From the human T2T-CHM13v2.0 reference genome, Homo sapiens, in the NCBI RefSeq assembly GCF_009914755.1, contig NC_060927.1: a stretch of DNA of 64,000 nucleotides; one strand, given 5' to 3'. Below, one piece after another: positions 1 to 17,084 of this stretch. How positions within the stretch are numbered: position 1 is the stretch's first letter; every line of letters begins with the position of its first letter. Below the pieces are notes generated by a model. The model was not told where the DNA came from, did no database searches, and saw nothing but the letters and a program-made list of their open reading frames with translations. The translations under genes and the position numbers were made by a program.

Positions 1-175
1 TTAGTGAGCATCAAATATCTCACTATTTTAATTTTAATATTGATTGTGTGTTAAAATAATAATAATTGCATTATATTATTGATAATGTGTATTCTTGTCA
101 TGTTTCCATTCTTACTGGAAATGCCTCCAGTGTTTCTCCATCAAATAGTATACTGGCTCTAAGACTAATTTAAAG

Positions 176-3937
<3,762 letters not shown>

Positions 3938-6900
3938 TTTTTTTCTTCCAATAGTTTTTGGGGAACAGGTGGTTTGTGGTTACATGGATGACTTGTTTCA
4001 TGGTGATTTCTGAGATGTTCGTTCCCCCGTAACAGTAGCTGTGTACACTGTACCCAAGGTGTAATCTTTTATCCCTCACCCCTCTCATCCTTTCCCCTGA
4101 GCCCCCAAAGTCTGTTATATTATTATTATGCATTTACATCCTCATAGCTTAGCTACCACTTATAGGTGAGAACATAACGATATTTGGTTTTCCATTCCTG
4201 AGTTACTTCAACTTGAATGATGGTCTCCAACTCCATCCAGGTTCCCGCAAATGCCATTATTTTGCTCTTTTTGTGGCTGAGTAGTATTTCATGGTATATA
4301 TACAACACATTTTCTTTATCCACTCATCGTTGATGGGCATTTAGGCTGGTTCCATATTTTTTGCAATTGCCAATTGTACTTCTGTAAACATGATGTGTGT
4401 GAAAGTGTTTTTTCATGTAATGCCTTCTTTTGTTTTGGGTGGATACTCAGTAGAGAGATTGCTCGATCAAATGGTAGTTCTACTTTTAGTTCTTTAAGGA
4501 ATCTCTATACCGTTTTCCACAGTGGTTGTACTAGTTTATATTCCTACCAGAAGTGTAAAAGTGTTCCCTTTTCACCACATCTACGCTAACATCTATTATT
4601 TTTTGATTTTTAAATTGTGGCCATTCTTATAGGAATAAGGTGGTATCTAATTGTGGTTTTGATTTGCATTTCCCTGATAATTAGTGATGTTGAGCATTTT
4701 TTCATATGTTTGTTGGCATTTGTATATGCTCTTTTGAGAATTGTCTCTTCATGTTCTTTTCCCAGTTTTTGATGAGATTATTTGTGTTTATCTTGCTGAT
4801 TTGTTTGAGTTCCTTGTAGATTCTGGCTATTAGTTCTTTGTCAGACACATAGTTTGTGAAGATTTTCTCCCATTCTGTGGGTTTTCTGTTTATTCTGCTG
4901 ATTATTTCTTTTGCTGTGCAGAAGCTTTTTATTTTAATTAGGTCCCATCTATTTATTTTTGCTTTTGTTGCATTTGCTTTTGGGTTCATTGTCAATAAAT
5001 CTTTCTTTAAGCCAATGTCTAGAAGTTTTTTCGATGCTATCTTCCGGAATTTTTATAGTTTCAGGACTTAGATTTAAGTCTTTGATCCATCTTGAGTTGA
5101 ATTTTGTATAAGATGGAGGATGATGATCCAGTTTCATTATTCTACATGTGGCTTGCCAATTATCCCAGCACCATTTGCTGAATAGGGTGTCCTTTTTCCA
5201 CTTCATTTTTTTTTGTTTGCTTTGTTGAAGATCAGTTGGCTCTAAGTATTTGGCTTCATCTCTGGGTTCTCTACTCCATTCCGTTGGTCTATGTGCCTAT
5301 ATTTTATACCAGTACCATGTTGTTTTGGTAACTATATCCTTGTAGTATAGTTTGAAATTGGGTAATGTGATGCCTCAAGATTTGTTCTTTTTGTTTAGTC
5401 TTGTTTTGGCTATGTGGGCTCTTTTAGCTTCCATATAAATTTTAGGATTTTTTTTTTCTAGTTCTGGAAGAATGATGTGAAGAATGATGAAGGCATTTTG
5501 ATGGGAATTGCAATCAATCTATAGAGTGCTTTTGGCAGTATGGTCATTTTCACAGTATTGATTCTACCCATCAGTGAGCATGGGATGTGTTTCCATCTGT
5601 TTGTGTCATCTATGATTTCTTCAGCAGTATTTTATAGTTTTCCTTGTAGAAACAAGGAGTTTTCACCTCCTTGGTTAGGTATATTCCTAAGTATTTTATT
5701 TTATTTTTTGCAGTGGTTGTAAAAGGCATTGAGTTCTTGATTTGATCCTCAGCTTGGTCATTGTTGATATATAGCAATGCTACTGATTTGCATACATTAA
5801 TTTTGTATCCTGAAACTTTACTGAATTCATTTATTAGATCTAGGTGCTTTTAGGATGTCTTTAGGGTTTCCTAGGTATAGCATTATATAATCATCAGACA
5901 GCAACAGTTTAATTTCTTCTTTACTGATTTGGATGCCCTTTATTTCTCTTATCTGATTGCTCTGGCTAAGACTTCCAGTGCTATGCTGAATAGAAGTGGT
6001 GAAAGTGGGCATTCTTGTCTTGTTCCAGTTCTCAAGGAGAATACTTTCAACTTTTTTCCATTCAGTATAATTTTAGCTGTGGGTTTGTCATAGACGGTTT
6101 TGATTACTTTAAGGTATGTCCCTTCTGTGCCAATTTTGCTGAGGGTTTCAAACGTAAAGCGATGCTGAATTTCCTCAAATGCTTTTTCTGTGTCTAGTGG
6201 GATCACCATGATTTTGGTTTTTAATTCTGTTTATGTGGTGTATCACATTTATTGACTTGCATATGTTAAACCATCTCTGCATTGCTGGTATGACGCCCAC
6301 TTGATCATGGCGTATTATCTTTTTGATATGCTGTTGGATTTGGTGAGCTAGTATTTTATTGAGAATTTTTGCATCTATGTTCATCAGGAATATTGATCCG
6401 TAGTTTTCTTTTTTTGTTATATCCTTTCCTGGTTTTGGCATTAGGGTGATACTGGCTTCATAGAATGATTTAGGGAGGATACCATCTTTCTGTATCATTT
6501 GGAATAGTTGTAAGTTTGGTACAAATTCTTCTTTAAATGTCTGATAGAATTCAGCAGTGAATCCATTTGGTCCTGGACTTTTATGTTGGCAATTTTTGTA
6601 CTACTCTTTCAATGTAACTACCTGTTATTGGCCTGTTCAGTTTCTATTTTTTTCTGATTTAATCTAGAAGGGTTGTGTATTTCCAGGTATTTATTCAACT
6701 CCTCTAGAGTTTCTAGTTTGTGTAAAGGTGTTCATAGTAGCCTTGAATGATCTTTTGTATTTCTGTGGTATTGGTTGTAATATGTACCATTTCATTTCTA
6801 ATTGCGCTTATTTGGATCTTCTCTCTTGTTTTCTTCATTAATATTCCTAATGGTCTATCAATTTTATCTTCTCAAATAACCAGCTTTTTGTTTCATTTAT

Positions 6901-7163
6901 CTTTTGTATTTTTTGTTTCAATTTCGTTTAGTTCTACTCTTATCTTTGTTATGTATTTTTTCCCCTGCTAGGTTTAGGTTTGGTTTGTTTTTGTTTCTCT
7001 CATTCCTTGAGGTGAGACCTTAGATTGTCTGTTTGTGCTCTCTCAGACTTCTTGATGTAAACATTTACTGCTATGAACTTTCCTCCTAGCATTGCTTTTG
7101 CTGTACTCCAGAGGTTTTGACAAATTGTGTCACTATTATTATTCAATTCAAAAAACTTTTTAA

Positions 7164-8433
7164 TTACTGTAGCCTTGTAGTATAGTTTGAAGTCAGGTAG
7201 TGTGATGCCTCCAGCTTTGTTCTTTTGGCTTAGGATTGACTTGGCGATGCGGGCTCTTTTTTGGTTCCATATGAACTTTAAAGTAGTTTTTTCCAATTCT
7301 GTGAAGAAAGTCATTGGTAGCTTTATGGGGATGGCATTGAATCTGTAAATTACCTTGGGCAGAGTGGCCATTTTCATGATATTGATTCTTCCTACCCATG
7401 AGTATGGAATGTTCTTCCATTTGTTTGTATCCTCTTTTATTTCCTTGAGCAGTGGTTTGTAGTTCTCCTTGAAGAGGTCCTTCACATCCCTTGTAAGTTG
7501 GATTCCTAGGTATTTTATTCTCTTTGAAGCAATTGTGAATTGGAGTTCACTCATCATTTGGCTCTCTGTTTGTCTGTTGTTGGTGTATAAGAATGCTTGT
7601 GATGTTTGTACATTGATTTTGTATCCACTTCTCAAAAGAAGACATTTATGCAGCCAAAAAACACATGAAAAAATGCTCATCATCACTGGCCATCAGAGAA
7701 ATGCAAATCAAAACCACAATGAGATACCATCTCACACCAGTTAGAATGGCAATCATTAAAAAGTCAGGAAACAACAGGTGCTGGAGAGGATGTGGAGAAA
7801 TAGGAACACTTTTACACTGTTGGTGGGACTGTAAACTAGTTCAACCATTGTGGAAGTCAGTGTGGCGATTCCTCAGGGATCTAGAACTGGAAATACCATT
7901 TGACCCAGCCATCCCATTACTGGGTATATAGCCAAATGACTATAAATCATGCTGCTATAAAGACACATGCACACATATGTTTATTGCGGCATTATTCACA
8001 ATAGCAAAGACTTGGAACCAACCCAAATGTCCAACAATGATAGACTGGATTAAGAAAATGTGGCACATATACACCATGGAATACTATGCAGCCATAAAAA
8101 ATGATGAGTTCATGTCCTTTGTAGGGACATGGATGAAATTGGAAATCATCATTCTCAGTAAACTATCGCAAGAACAAAAAACCAAACACCACATATTCTC
8201 ACTCATAGGTGGGAATTGAACAATGAGATCACATGGACACAGGAAGGGGAATATCACACTCTGGGGACTGTGGTGGGGTGGGGGGAGGGGGGAGGGATAG
8301 CATTGGGAGATATACCTAATGCTAGATGACGAGTTAGTGGGTGCAGCGCACCAGCATGGCACATGTATACATATGTAACTAACCTGCACAATGTGCACAT
8401 GTACCCTAAAACTTAAAGTATAATAAAAAAAAA
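7164..8433 (+). mobile_element. L1PA2-like, 5'-truncated and 5'-inverted (twin-primed); inverted part 7164-7626 (-), direct part 7627-8433 (+)
   Basis: Very low divergence ORF2; 3'UTR diagnostics gatgacGAGttag, gagatcac, aatatcac, gcacaatgtg; poly-A; junction gtatcc|acttctcaaaag. Confidence 0.9.
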
Positions 8434-10972
8434 TTTTTTTAACTTCCATCTTGATTTCGTTGTTGACCCACAGATTATTCAAAAGCAAATTATTTAATTT
8501 TCATGTATTTTATAGTTTTGAGGGTTCCTTTTGGATTTAATTTCCAATTTTATTCCACTGTGTCTGAGCAAGTACTTGATATAATTTCAATTTTCTTAAA
8601 TTTATTGAGACTTGCTTTGTGGCCTATCATATGGTCTATCAGGAGAAATTTACATGTGATGATGAAAAGAATGTATATTCTGCAGTTGTTTGGTAGAATG
8701 TTGTATAAATACCTTTTAAGTCCATTTGTTGTAAGGTATAGTTTAAGTCCATTGTTTATTTGTTGAGTTCCTGTCTTGATGACTTTTCTAGTGCTCTCAG
8801 TGGAGTATTGAAGTCCCCCACTATTATTATGTTGCCATCTATCTCCTTTCTTAGATCTGGTAGTTATTGTTTTGTAGATTTGGGAGCTCCAGTGTTAGGT
8901 GCATATATATTTCAGATTATGATAATTTCCAGTTGGACTAATGCTTTTATCGTTATATTATATCCCTCTTTGTCTTTAATTGTTGTTGCCCTGAAGTCTG
9001 TTTTGTCTAATATAAAAATAACTACTCCTGCTCACTTTTGGTTTCCGTTTGAATGGAATATCTTTTTCCATCCCTTGACCTTAAGTTTATGTGAGTCCTT
9101 ATGTGTTAGATGAGTCTCTTGATGACAGCAGATACTTGGTTGGTGGATTTGTGTCCATTCTGTCATTCTGTATCTTTTAAACGGAGCATTTAGGCCATTT
9201 ACATTCCATGTTAGCATTGAGATGTGAGGTACTGTTCTATTCATCATGCTAGTTGTTGCCTGAATACCTTGTTTATTTTTAATTGTGTTATTGTTTTATA
9301 GGCCCTGTGAGATTTATGCTTTACAGAGGTTCTATTTTGATGTATTTTGAGGCTGTGTCAAGATTTGGAACTCCTTTTAGCATTTCTTATAGTGCTGTCT
9401 TGGTAGTGGCGAATTCTCTCAGCATTTGTTTGTCTGAAAAAGACTTTATCTCTCCTACATTTATGAAGCTGTGCTGCTGTATACAAAATTCGTGGCTGAT
9501 AATTATTTTGTTTGAGAAGGCAAAAGATGGGACCCCAGTTCCTTCTGGCTTGTAGAGATTCTTCTGAGAAATCTGCTGTTAATCTGATAGGTTTTTCTTT
9601 ACAGGTTATTTGATGCTCCTGTCTCACAGCTCTTAAGAGTCCTTCCTTTGCCTTGCTGTAGATGAGCTGATGACTATGTGCATAGGTGATGATCTTTTTG
9701 CAATGAATTTCCTGGGTGTTCTTTGAGTTTCTTGTATTTGGGTGTCTAGATCTCCGGCAAGACCAGGGAAGTTTTCCTCAATTACTCTCTCAAATAAGTT
9801 TTCCAAACTTTTAAATTTCTCTTCTTTCCCAGGAACACCAATTATTCTTATGTTTGGTTGTTTAACATAATCCCTAATTTCTTGGGGGCTTTATTTTTTT
9901 ATTTTTTATTTCTTTATCACTGTTGGATTGGGTTTATTTGAAAGCCTTGTTTTGACCTCGGAAGATCTTCTTCTACTTGTTATATTCTATCTTTGAAACT
10001 GTCCAGTGTATTTTGCATTTCTCTAAGTGTATCTTTCATTTTAAAAAGTTGTGATTGTCTTTTCTTTAAAATATCAATTTCTATGGAAACTTTTTCATTC
10101 ATATCCTATATTGTTTTTTAAGTTTCTTTAAGTTGGTTTTCACCTTGCTCTGGTACCTTCTTGAGCAACTAAATATTCAACCTTCTTAATTCTTTATCTG
10201 GCAATTCAGAGATTTCCTCTTGGTTTGGATCCATTGCTGGATAGCTAGTGTGATCTTTTGGGAGTGTTACAGAACCTTGTTTTGTCATGTTACCCAAATT
10301 ACTTTTGTGGTTTCTTCTCATTAGGGTAGACTGTGTCAGTGAAAAGATCTGGAACTCAAGGGCTTCTGTTCAGATTTCTTTTTTCATGGGGTGACCCCTT
10401 GATGTGGTGCTCTCCTCCTTTCCCTAGGGATAGAGCTTTCTGAGAGCCACACTGCAATGGTTGTTGTTCCCTTTCTGGGTCTAGCCACCCAGCAGGGCTA
10501 CTGGGCTACAGACTGGTGCTGGGGAATGTCTGCAAAGATTCCTGTGATGTGATTCATCTTCAGGTCTCCAAGCTACTACCAGCACCTACACTGGTGGAGG
10601 TGGCAAGGGAGTGAAGTGGACTTTGTGGGAGTCCTTGGTTGTAGTTTTGTTTAGCGCACTGCTTTTCTTGGTCGGTGGTTATGTGTAGTTGTCACATGGA
10701 CAGACTTATGACCTCTGGTTAGCCAGGGTGTTGCAGGAGGTGGAATTGGCTGTTCTCCTTCTTTGGAGCAAGCTTGTTCTGTTATGAGTTACAATAATGG
10801 CTTGAGTTGGTTGGCCTCCATCCAGGAGGTATTAATTTCAAGAGAGCACCAGCTCTGTTAGCAGAAGGGGAGTATACAAGTGTATATTCCTGTATATTCC
10901 TGGCCCTATGTTGGCCAGGGTAAGTACTTGGGTTTCTCAGGTGATAGCAAGGGCCATAGAGCTCCAAAGAGG

Positions 10973-11003
10973 TTTTTTTGTTTGTTTGTTTGTTTGTTTG
11001 TTT
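10973..11003 (+). repeat. (TTTG)n microsatellite in L1PB 5'UTR
   Basis: Direct observation. Confidence 0.9.
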
Positions 11004-12850
11004 GTCTTCAGCTACCAGGGCTGGTAAAGAGAAGATATCAGTTGGGTACAGGGTTAGGCTGCTCTGAGCTCAGACTCTCCTTGGGTGGGGCTTGCTGCAG
11101 TCACTGTGGAGGATGGGAGAATGGTTTTCTGGCCAATAGAATTGTGTTCCTTGGGGGGATTATGCCTGCCTCTGCTGCATCATACAAGTCGCCTGGAAGT
11201 GGCCTCACCCAGCTCCCACGCAGCCAGAAAGGCCAGTCTCAGTACTACCAATCACCACCAACAGCGCTGAGTTTATATCCAAGCAGCCTGAGAGCAGGGC
11301 TGAGATCTCACCCCAGGCTACAAGCATCCCCACTGAGAAAACAAGCAAGGCTCTCAGGCCTCACCTCTCCCCACCTGCCTGTACCATCAGCTGTGGCTTC
11401 TACACTCATATCTGCACTTACTGTTCACCCCACCCCCACCCAGAGTCTGCTCAGAAAAAGTTGTGCTCGGTCAAAATTATTAAGAAGTTCAGCTCGAAGT
11501 TTTCTTCAACCTGTGACACCTTCTAAATTCTTCTGGCTGCCTTCCCCAAGGACCCCTGTGAGGTAAAACCAGGAATGGCTTCCCTGGGCTCAAGGTGGGG
11601 ACTGGTAGTACCTACGGGGACTGGTAGTACCTACAGGGCTCTTCCTGCTGCTTCTTCTGCTTTTATATTTCACTCTGATTCCTAAATCCATTTCAGCTCT
11701 AGGTAAGGTTAAATCCTTCTCCTGTGACCTGGACCTTTAGGTTCCCCATTTGGGATGTGTTTGGGATCAGACTTTTTCTCCTTTCACTCTGGAAACACGT
11801 TTTTTTTCAGCTGTCTTTCAAAGTTTGCAGCAGCAAGCTACTTCTTTCAAAGGGTCTGTGACTTTTTTGGGTTTTCCTGATATGTTCCTGCAGTGGTTTT
11901 GGAGCAAAAGTTCACAATGCGAGTCCTCCACATGCTGTTCTGTCCATCCAAGTGGGAGCTGCACCTTAGTCTTATCTCTTATCCACCATTTTCTGGAAGC
12001 TTGGAATACAAATTCATTAACAAGCTATTCAAAGGCCAAGACAATGTGACTCTAATCTTGTTTTCAGTAACTCCTTGCAACACTATTCTTTAGCTATATG
12101 GAGATATTTATTGAGCCTCACACAAGCTCCTACTTTATGCCTTCCACATGCTGTTTGCACTGCCTTGAATTCTCTGTTGCTTCTAATTTGAATTGTATGC
12201 ATTTTAGGATTTCTGTTAGATGCCACATTTTATGCAGCCTTTTCTAACTCTACCATGTAAAATTAATTCCTGTGCATTATTTTATTTGAATCTTTCTTGT
12301 GATACTCATCATTTTTTATTTTTCGGTTTCCCTAAAAGTATGCTCTTTGAGTGAAACATTCATGTTTGTCTTTCACATTTCTTTCTATTTACATTCATAA
12401 CCCATTTTAAGTGCTTTTTATACAAAAATTATTCATTAAATATTTGTTCACTGTATGTAAAAGGTTGACATCTCAGGGTGAAGAGAATTATTAAATATTT
12501 TTGAAGTTGGTTTATATAATATTAGCTTTTACACACTTTCTGTAAGTTTTTCAAAGTATTTTTTGTCTGTCATATTTGCATTTATTTGTTTAAATTATAT
12601 TTGTACTATATAAATGTTTAAAAAAATCCCTTTTAATAAAAACTTAATTTTATCTTAAGTGTAAGCTAGAGTTAGCTTAGCTACTTATTAATTGTTTCTA
12701 AGTTCAAAATTACTGATTTGTAAACATGTATTAGAAGATCACAGTGTTAACAGAGTGGAATGAATTATCCACATCCCTCAAGTGGTGGCTGCAACTTAGA
12801 CCCATGGATTCTGTACTAGATTTTACATAAATAGAAGTCATAAGACAGCA

Positions 12851-13442
12851 TGTAGTGTAAAGGATGTTTGTTACTTTTTTTCATCACTTAGCATCTATAC
12901 CATATATCTTTTTTTGGATAATTCACCACTTTAAGAGTAAGTAGATGGCAGAGATTGACTCTGTAGAAGTTGAAATTAGCACATACCAACGTTTTATTCA
13001 TCCCTTGAAACTAGGGCAATGTCAGTCAATGGGATGCTTCCAACTGATCTTGAAATTAGGAGGTGATGGTGCAAAGAATCACCAAGCTGAAGGATTGACT
13101 GAGTATCTACTGCAGAGGTAGACAGTGGCAGCCTAAACATGTGACTTTCAGAAGCAACAGGGTAAATGGATCAGTGCGGTAGCTATAGCTTTGAAGTCTG
13201 TGGCATATGCTCTTCAGAAACTAAATGTAGTTATCCTCACTGATTTAGTTTTATGAAAAGATTTTTATTGTGGTCTTCTTGGCTGCCTATTTTTTCTTAA
13301 TCCTCTCCATCTTTGAGTTCAGTTCTCTGGACTTCCTGATAGTACTCTGATCAATCAAACATCCATTCAATGGATTCTCTTTGGCTAATTCTGCCATAGT
13401 CAATTACTGCAGCAACTGACAACTATGACTGTTAAAACTATA
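12851..13442 (+). mobile_element. Probable old ERVL LTR (LTR16/LTR33-like)
   Basis: TG start, cccttgaaactaggg..caatgggatgc motif, LTR16-like 3' end; highly diverged. Confidence 0.4.
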
Positions 13443-13654
13443 CTCTTTTGGCACCATTGCTGGATGTATGGTATGCTTACTTCTTCTCTAATTTTTTCCC
13501 TTCCTTTTCTAGCTAGATAAATATTTGTTTAGCCTTTTCATATATTTTCTTTGTATCATAATTTGAACTCTCTTCTGAATTATCACCAGAATCTCCTTGT
13601 ACCTCTTCAATAGTGGAGGGCCAAAACTCAGCACTTGGTGAATCTTGGTGGTTT

Positions 13655-13880
13655 AAAAAATGGTAAAGACATAGTCCACTCTACTATTTAGTAGTTGTGT
13701 GACTTTTAGTAAATTAATGAACCATTATTTTTCATTGTAATTCTGTAAAATGAAGACAATGTTACTGATTTTATGGGATTTTTATAAGAATTAAATAATG
13801 TTAGCAAAGACCAAAGACAATAGCACAGTTCTCACACATAGTAGGCATTCAGCACAGTGAATAGTAGTTATCATTAGTAA
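13655..13880 (+). mobile_element. MIR
   Basis: tagttgtgtgactt..ctgtaaaatgaaga..cacatagtaggcattca core. Confidence 0.7.
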
Positions 13881-14608
13881 TTCTGTAGGCTCCATATTGC
13901 CTAAGGACCTAAAGATATGATATGTATTCCCTGTGTGTGAGATAACAATCTCTATAGTCAATTTCAGTTTGACTTATATAATATCCTTGATTTTATTTTC
14001 TCAAAATTATGCCTGTTTACTTGGTACTTGCTTTTAAAATGGTATTCACCGAAGCTTTAACATCCAGTGATTAACAGTGAGAGAGAGTAAGGCTCTTTTT
14101 AAACCACCAGAGTGTGTTAGGGTAGTACTGAGTCAAAGTCTAAGAGTTTTATGGTTAAAAAAACAAATAACTTTTTACTGCTGCTCATTTAAGTAGGATT
14201 TTATGTTGTTCCCAAGATGGGAGTCTACAGGCAACTAATAAGCGGGAATAAGTGACTGTGAAGACAAACCAGCTGCATCAAACTGCAGGCACCTCAGGAA
14301 TCAGCAGATCATGCAGGGCACAAAGAGGTGAAACCAGTCAAGTGTACAGTGGAGACGATTTCTCAATTTTTTTTCCTTGGAATACTAGCATCACTCAAAA
14401 ATGTCAATAGTGTTTGGTGAACAAAATAAGCTTTTTAAATTAAATGTACAGAAATCCCTGCTTATCAGAATGACACCTTGAATTTTCATAATACATATTA
14501 GTATACCCAAGTAAAGAAGCCTGTCTAATTTTTCTGAGATCTTTATTTCTCCCAATTTGCTGGAACATGTTTTATTTTTAATTTGTTTTCTTTGATTTGC
14601 TTTTACAG

Positions 14609-14673
14609 GAACTTTGTAATAATCTAAAGAACGCAGTTGCTATAATTTGATAATGACAAATGAAATTATGAAG
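14609..14673 (+). pseudogene. Candidate exon (65 nt, 1-bp deletion): ELCNNLKNAVAII/LIMTNEIMK
   Basis: Strong acceptor ttgatttgcttttacag and donor AAG|gtaatt. Restoring one T in the run at 14646-14648 gives an open 66-nt phase 0-0 exon; resembles the IKK ULD start (NLKIVHILNMTS). Confidence 0.55.
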
Positions 14674-14719
14674 GTAATTCTGAGCAATTGCAAAAACTCA
14701 CAAACAACAGTCTAAATAT

Positions 14720-15190
14720 TTGGAGCTTTATACTCTAAATACTGGGGAGCCACTAAAGATTTTTAAAGTAGAACAATGAAGAATTGGTGCATTACAAAAA
14801 TTAGTTGACAATCATATTTAGACTTTATTTGAAAGATAAGGAAAAATGATAGAGGCAAGGGAATCAATTGACCAGCTATTGTGATATCTCAATTTTGAAA
14901 AATAATTAAAAATTAGAATGAAGGGATCTATGTAAAAGGAAGCCACCAAGAGAAGTAATTAATTCATAGGACATGATGATTAATGGATGTGGATGAGGAG
15001 GAAAAAGGAGGTTGAAAGAAAGTAGTAAAAACTGGCAAGAGAGTCCATGTCTGAATAAGAAGATAAAATGTCACACTGATTAATACTTTAACTGACCAAA
15101 TCAATACAGTGAGATTGTTTGTGGAAGAATATTGCAAATAATTTAGGAGCTTTAAAATTGTGGACTTATTCTGATGCCTCCACCTAAATT
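14720..15190 (-). mobile_element. L2 fragment
   Basis: ggggagccactaaagatttttaaag and downstream L2-like motifs. Confidence 0.55.
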
Positions 15191-15431
15191 GTCTGGTATC
15201 AAAACTTGCTGATGGTTGCATCATGTTCCAGCTTTCCATCTTGCATTTTCTAACTCAGTAAAGAGTTAAAAGGTGATTTAAAAAAAAAAAAAAAAAACTT
15301 CCTTTGGCATGGATTATGTCAGCTTTCATCTACATGCTATGCAAAATCATGTCTTGGTTAGTATTTTTCTTATCTTTTGATGGTTGACATGCAAGAGAGA
15401 ATTAAACATCAAGATAATTAGTGAATCCTGG

Positions 15432-15782
15432 TGATATGGTTCAGCTGTGTCCCCATCCAAATCTCATCTTGAATTGTAGTTTCCATAATCCCTACATGTT
15501 ATGGGAGGGACCCAGGAATCATGAGGGCAGTTTCCCCCATACTGGCCTCATGTTAGTGAGTAAATCTCATGAGATCTGATGGTTTTATAAATGGGAGTTC
15601 CCCTGTACAAGCTCTCTTGCCTGCCACCATGTTAAGATGTGCCTTTGCTCCTCCTTCGCCTTCCACCATGATTTTGAGGCCTCTCCAGCCATGTGAAACT
15701 GTGAGTCCATTAACCCTCTTTTGCTTTATAAATTACCCAGTCTCAGATATGTCTGTTAGCAGCATGAGAACAAACTAATGCA
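15432..15782 (+). mobile_element. THE1 (THE1D-like) solo LTR
   Basis: tgatatggtt..ctaatgca termini; 5-bp TSD cctgg/cctga. Confidence 0.9.
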
Positions 15783-16559
15783 CCTGAATACTTTAGTGTT
15801 TTTTAGTAGAATATGACATATTATGAGTACACAATGTGAAGAAATCCGGATATTCGAAAGACAAACATTTCTGAATGAAGGGGAAAAGTAAGCTGAGGCA
15901 AGACAACGTTTCTCATCCCTGATTGAAATGTTCCTATTTACCCCCTAACTTATACCTTGGGATGTTATGTTGCTTGTAAAGAATTGTGCAGAGACAGATG
16001 GAAATATTAAAATATTTATCCTAAATAAATGTTTGAGTTAAACGGTAATATCCTGTGCTGCTCTAGATTCAATTCTATTAATAAGCTATTTTGAGATTCT
16101 GACCTCAGTTTCTTGTCTTCTTTTAAGTTATCTCTGGGCCCTAAAGAGACACAGCTATGAAACTGGAGAATGACTGCAGAATAACCAAAAGAAGTTATCC
16201 AACAGAATTTATAAGATATAGGATTTCGTTTCAAGAGAGAAAACAGGAGTAAAAATATAAATTTTGGGATTGTCCACATTAGAGAGAAAAATCATATCTT
16301 CATATGAAGAAATATAGAATTTCTTCAAAAAAGAAAATATAAGGGAAGGAGATTGGAATATTAAAGAAAATCTCAGAGAACATCCACAACTGAATTCCAA
16401 AAACAGAGGAAGAATTATCATGAATGGCAAAAGATATATAACAATATACTAATGAAGAGAATATATCCACTAGAGAATTATAAGAGAAAGGAAATCAATT
16501 TAGGTGAAGAAAGTCTAAGAGGAAGGGGATAAAGGTGACTAAATTTGGTGATAAAAAAT

Positions 16560-17084
16560 TGAGGTAGGCAAAATAATGGCCTCCAAAGATTCCCACATTC
16601 TAATTCTTGAAATTAGTGTTTATGTTATGCTAAATGACAAGGGAGAATTAAGGTTGCAGATGGACTTAAGGTTGATAATCAACTCACTTTAAAAATAGAG
16701 AGACTGTTCTGAATTATCCAAATGGGACAAATGTAATCGTAAGGGTCCTTTATATGTGAAAGAATGTGAAAGAGGGCAGCAGAAGAGTCATCAGACTGGT
16801 TCAAGGTGAGAAAGGCTTGGTTGGCTAGCTTTGAAGATGGAAGGTTTCAGAAGCCAAAAGATGCAGGCTGACTCTAGAGGTTGGAAAAGCAAGGGAATGA
16901 ATTTACTAGAAAGGAACAGAGACCTGCTGACACTTTGATTTTAGCTCAGTGAGATCCAATTTGGACTTCTGAGAAAATAAGTTTTACAGAACTGTAAGTT
17001 ACAGAACTGTAGGAAAATAAGTTGGTGTTGTTTTAATCCACTGAGTTGTACCAATTTGTTACAGTAGCAATAGGAAACAAACAT
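16560..17084 (+). mobile_element. MLT1 (MLT1D-like) LTR
   Basis: aataatggcctccaaagat..aattaaggttgcagatgg..ttgttacagtagcaataggaaac. Confidence 0.85.

Larger units (their letters stand above)
3938..11995 (-). mobile_element. Near full-length L1PB (L1PB1-like), interrupted by an L1PA2
   Basis: L1PB-type 3' end (caatagtttttggggaacaggtgg) at 3950; degenerate ORF2 fragments (4702-6498, 9032-9247) and ORF1 (9358-9627) on the minus strand; 5'UTR ending tatccaccattttc at ~11993. Confidence 0.9.

Noticed and set aside
10880-11566. 228-aa + strand ORF
   Set aside because: Antisense to the GC-rich L1PB 5'UTR and runs through a microsatellite; chance ORF.
14217-14327. 111-nt AG..GT segment as an extra exon
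   Set aside because: Stops in all three frames and no convincing similarity.
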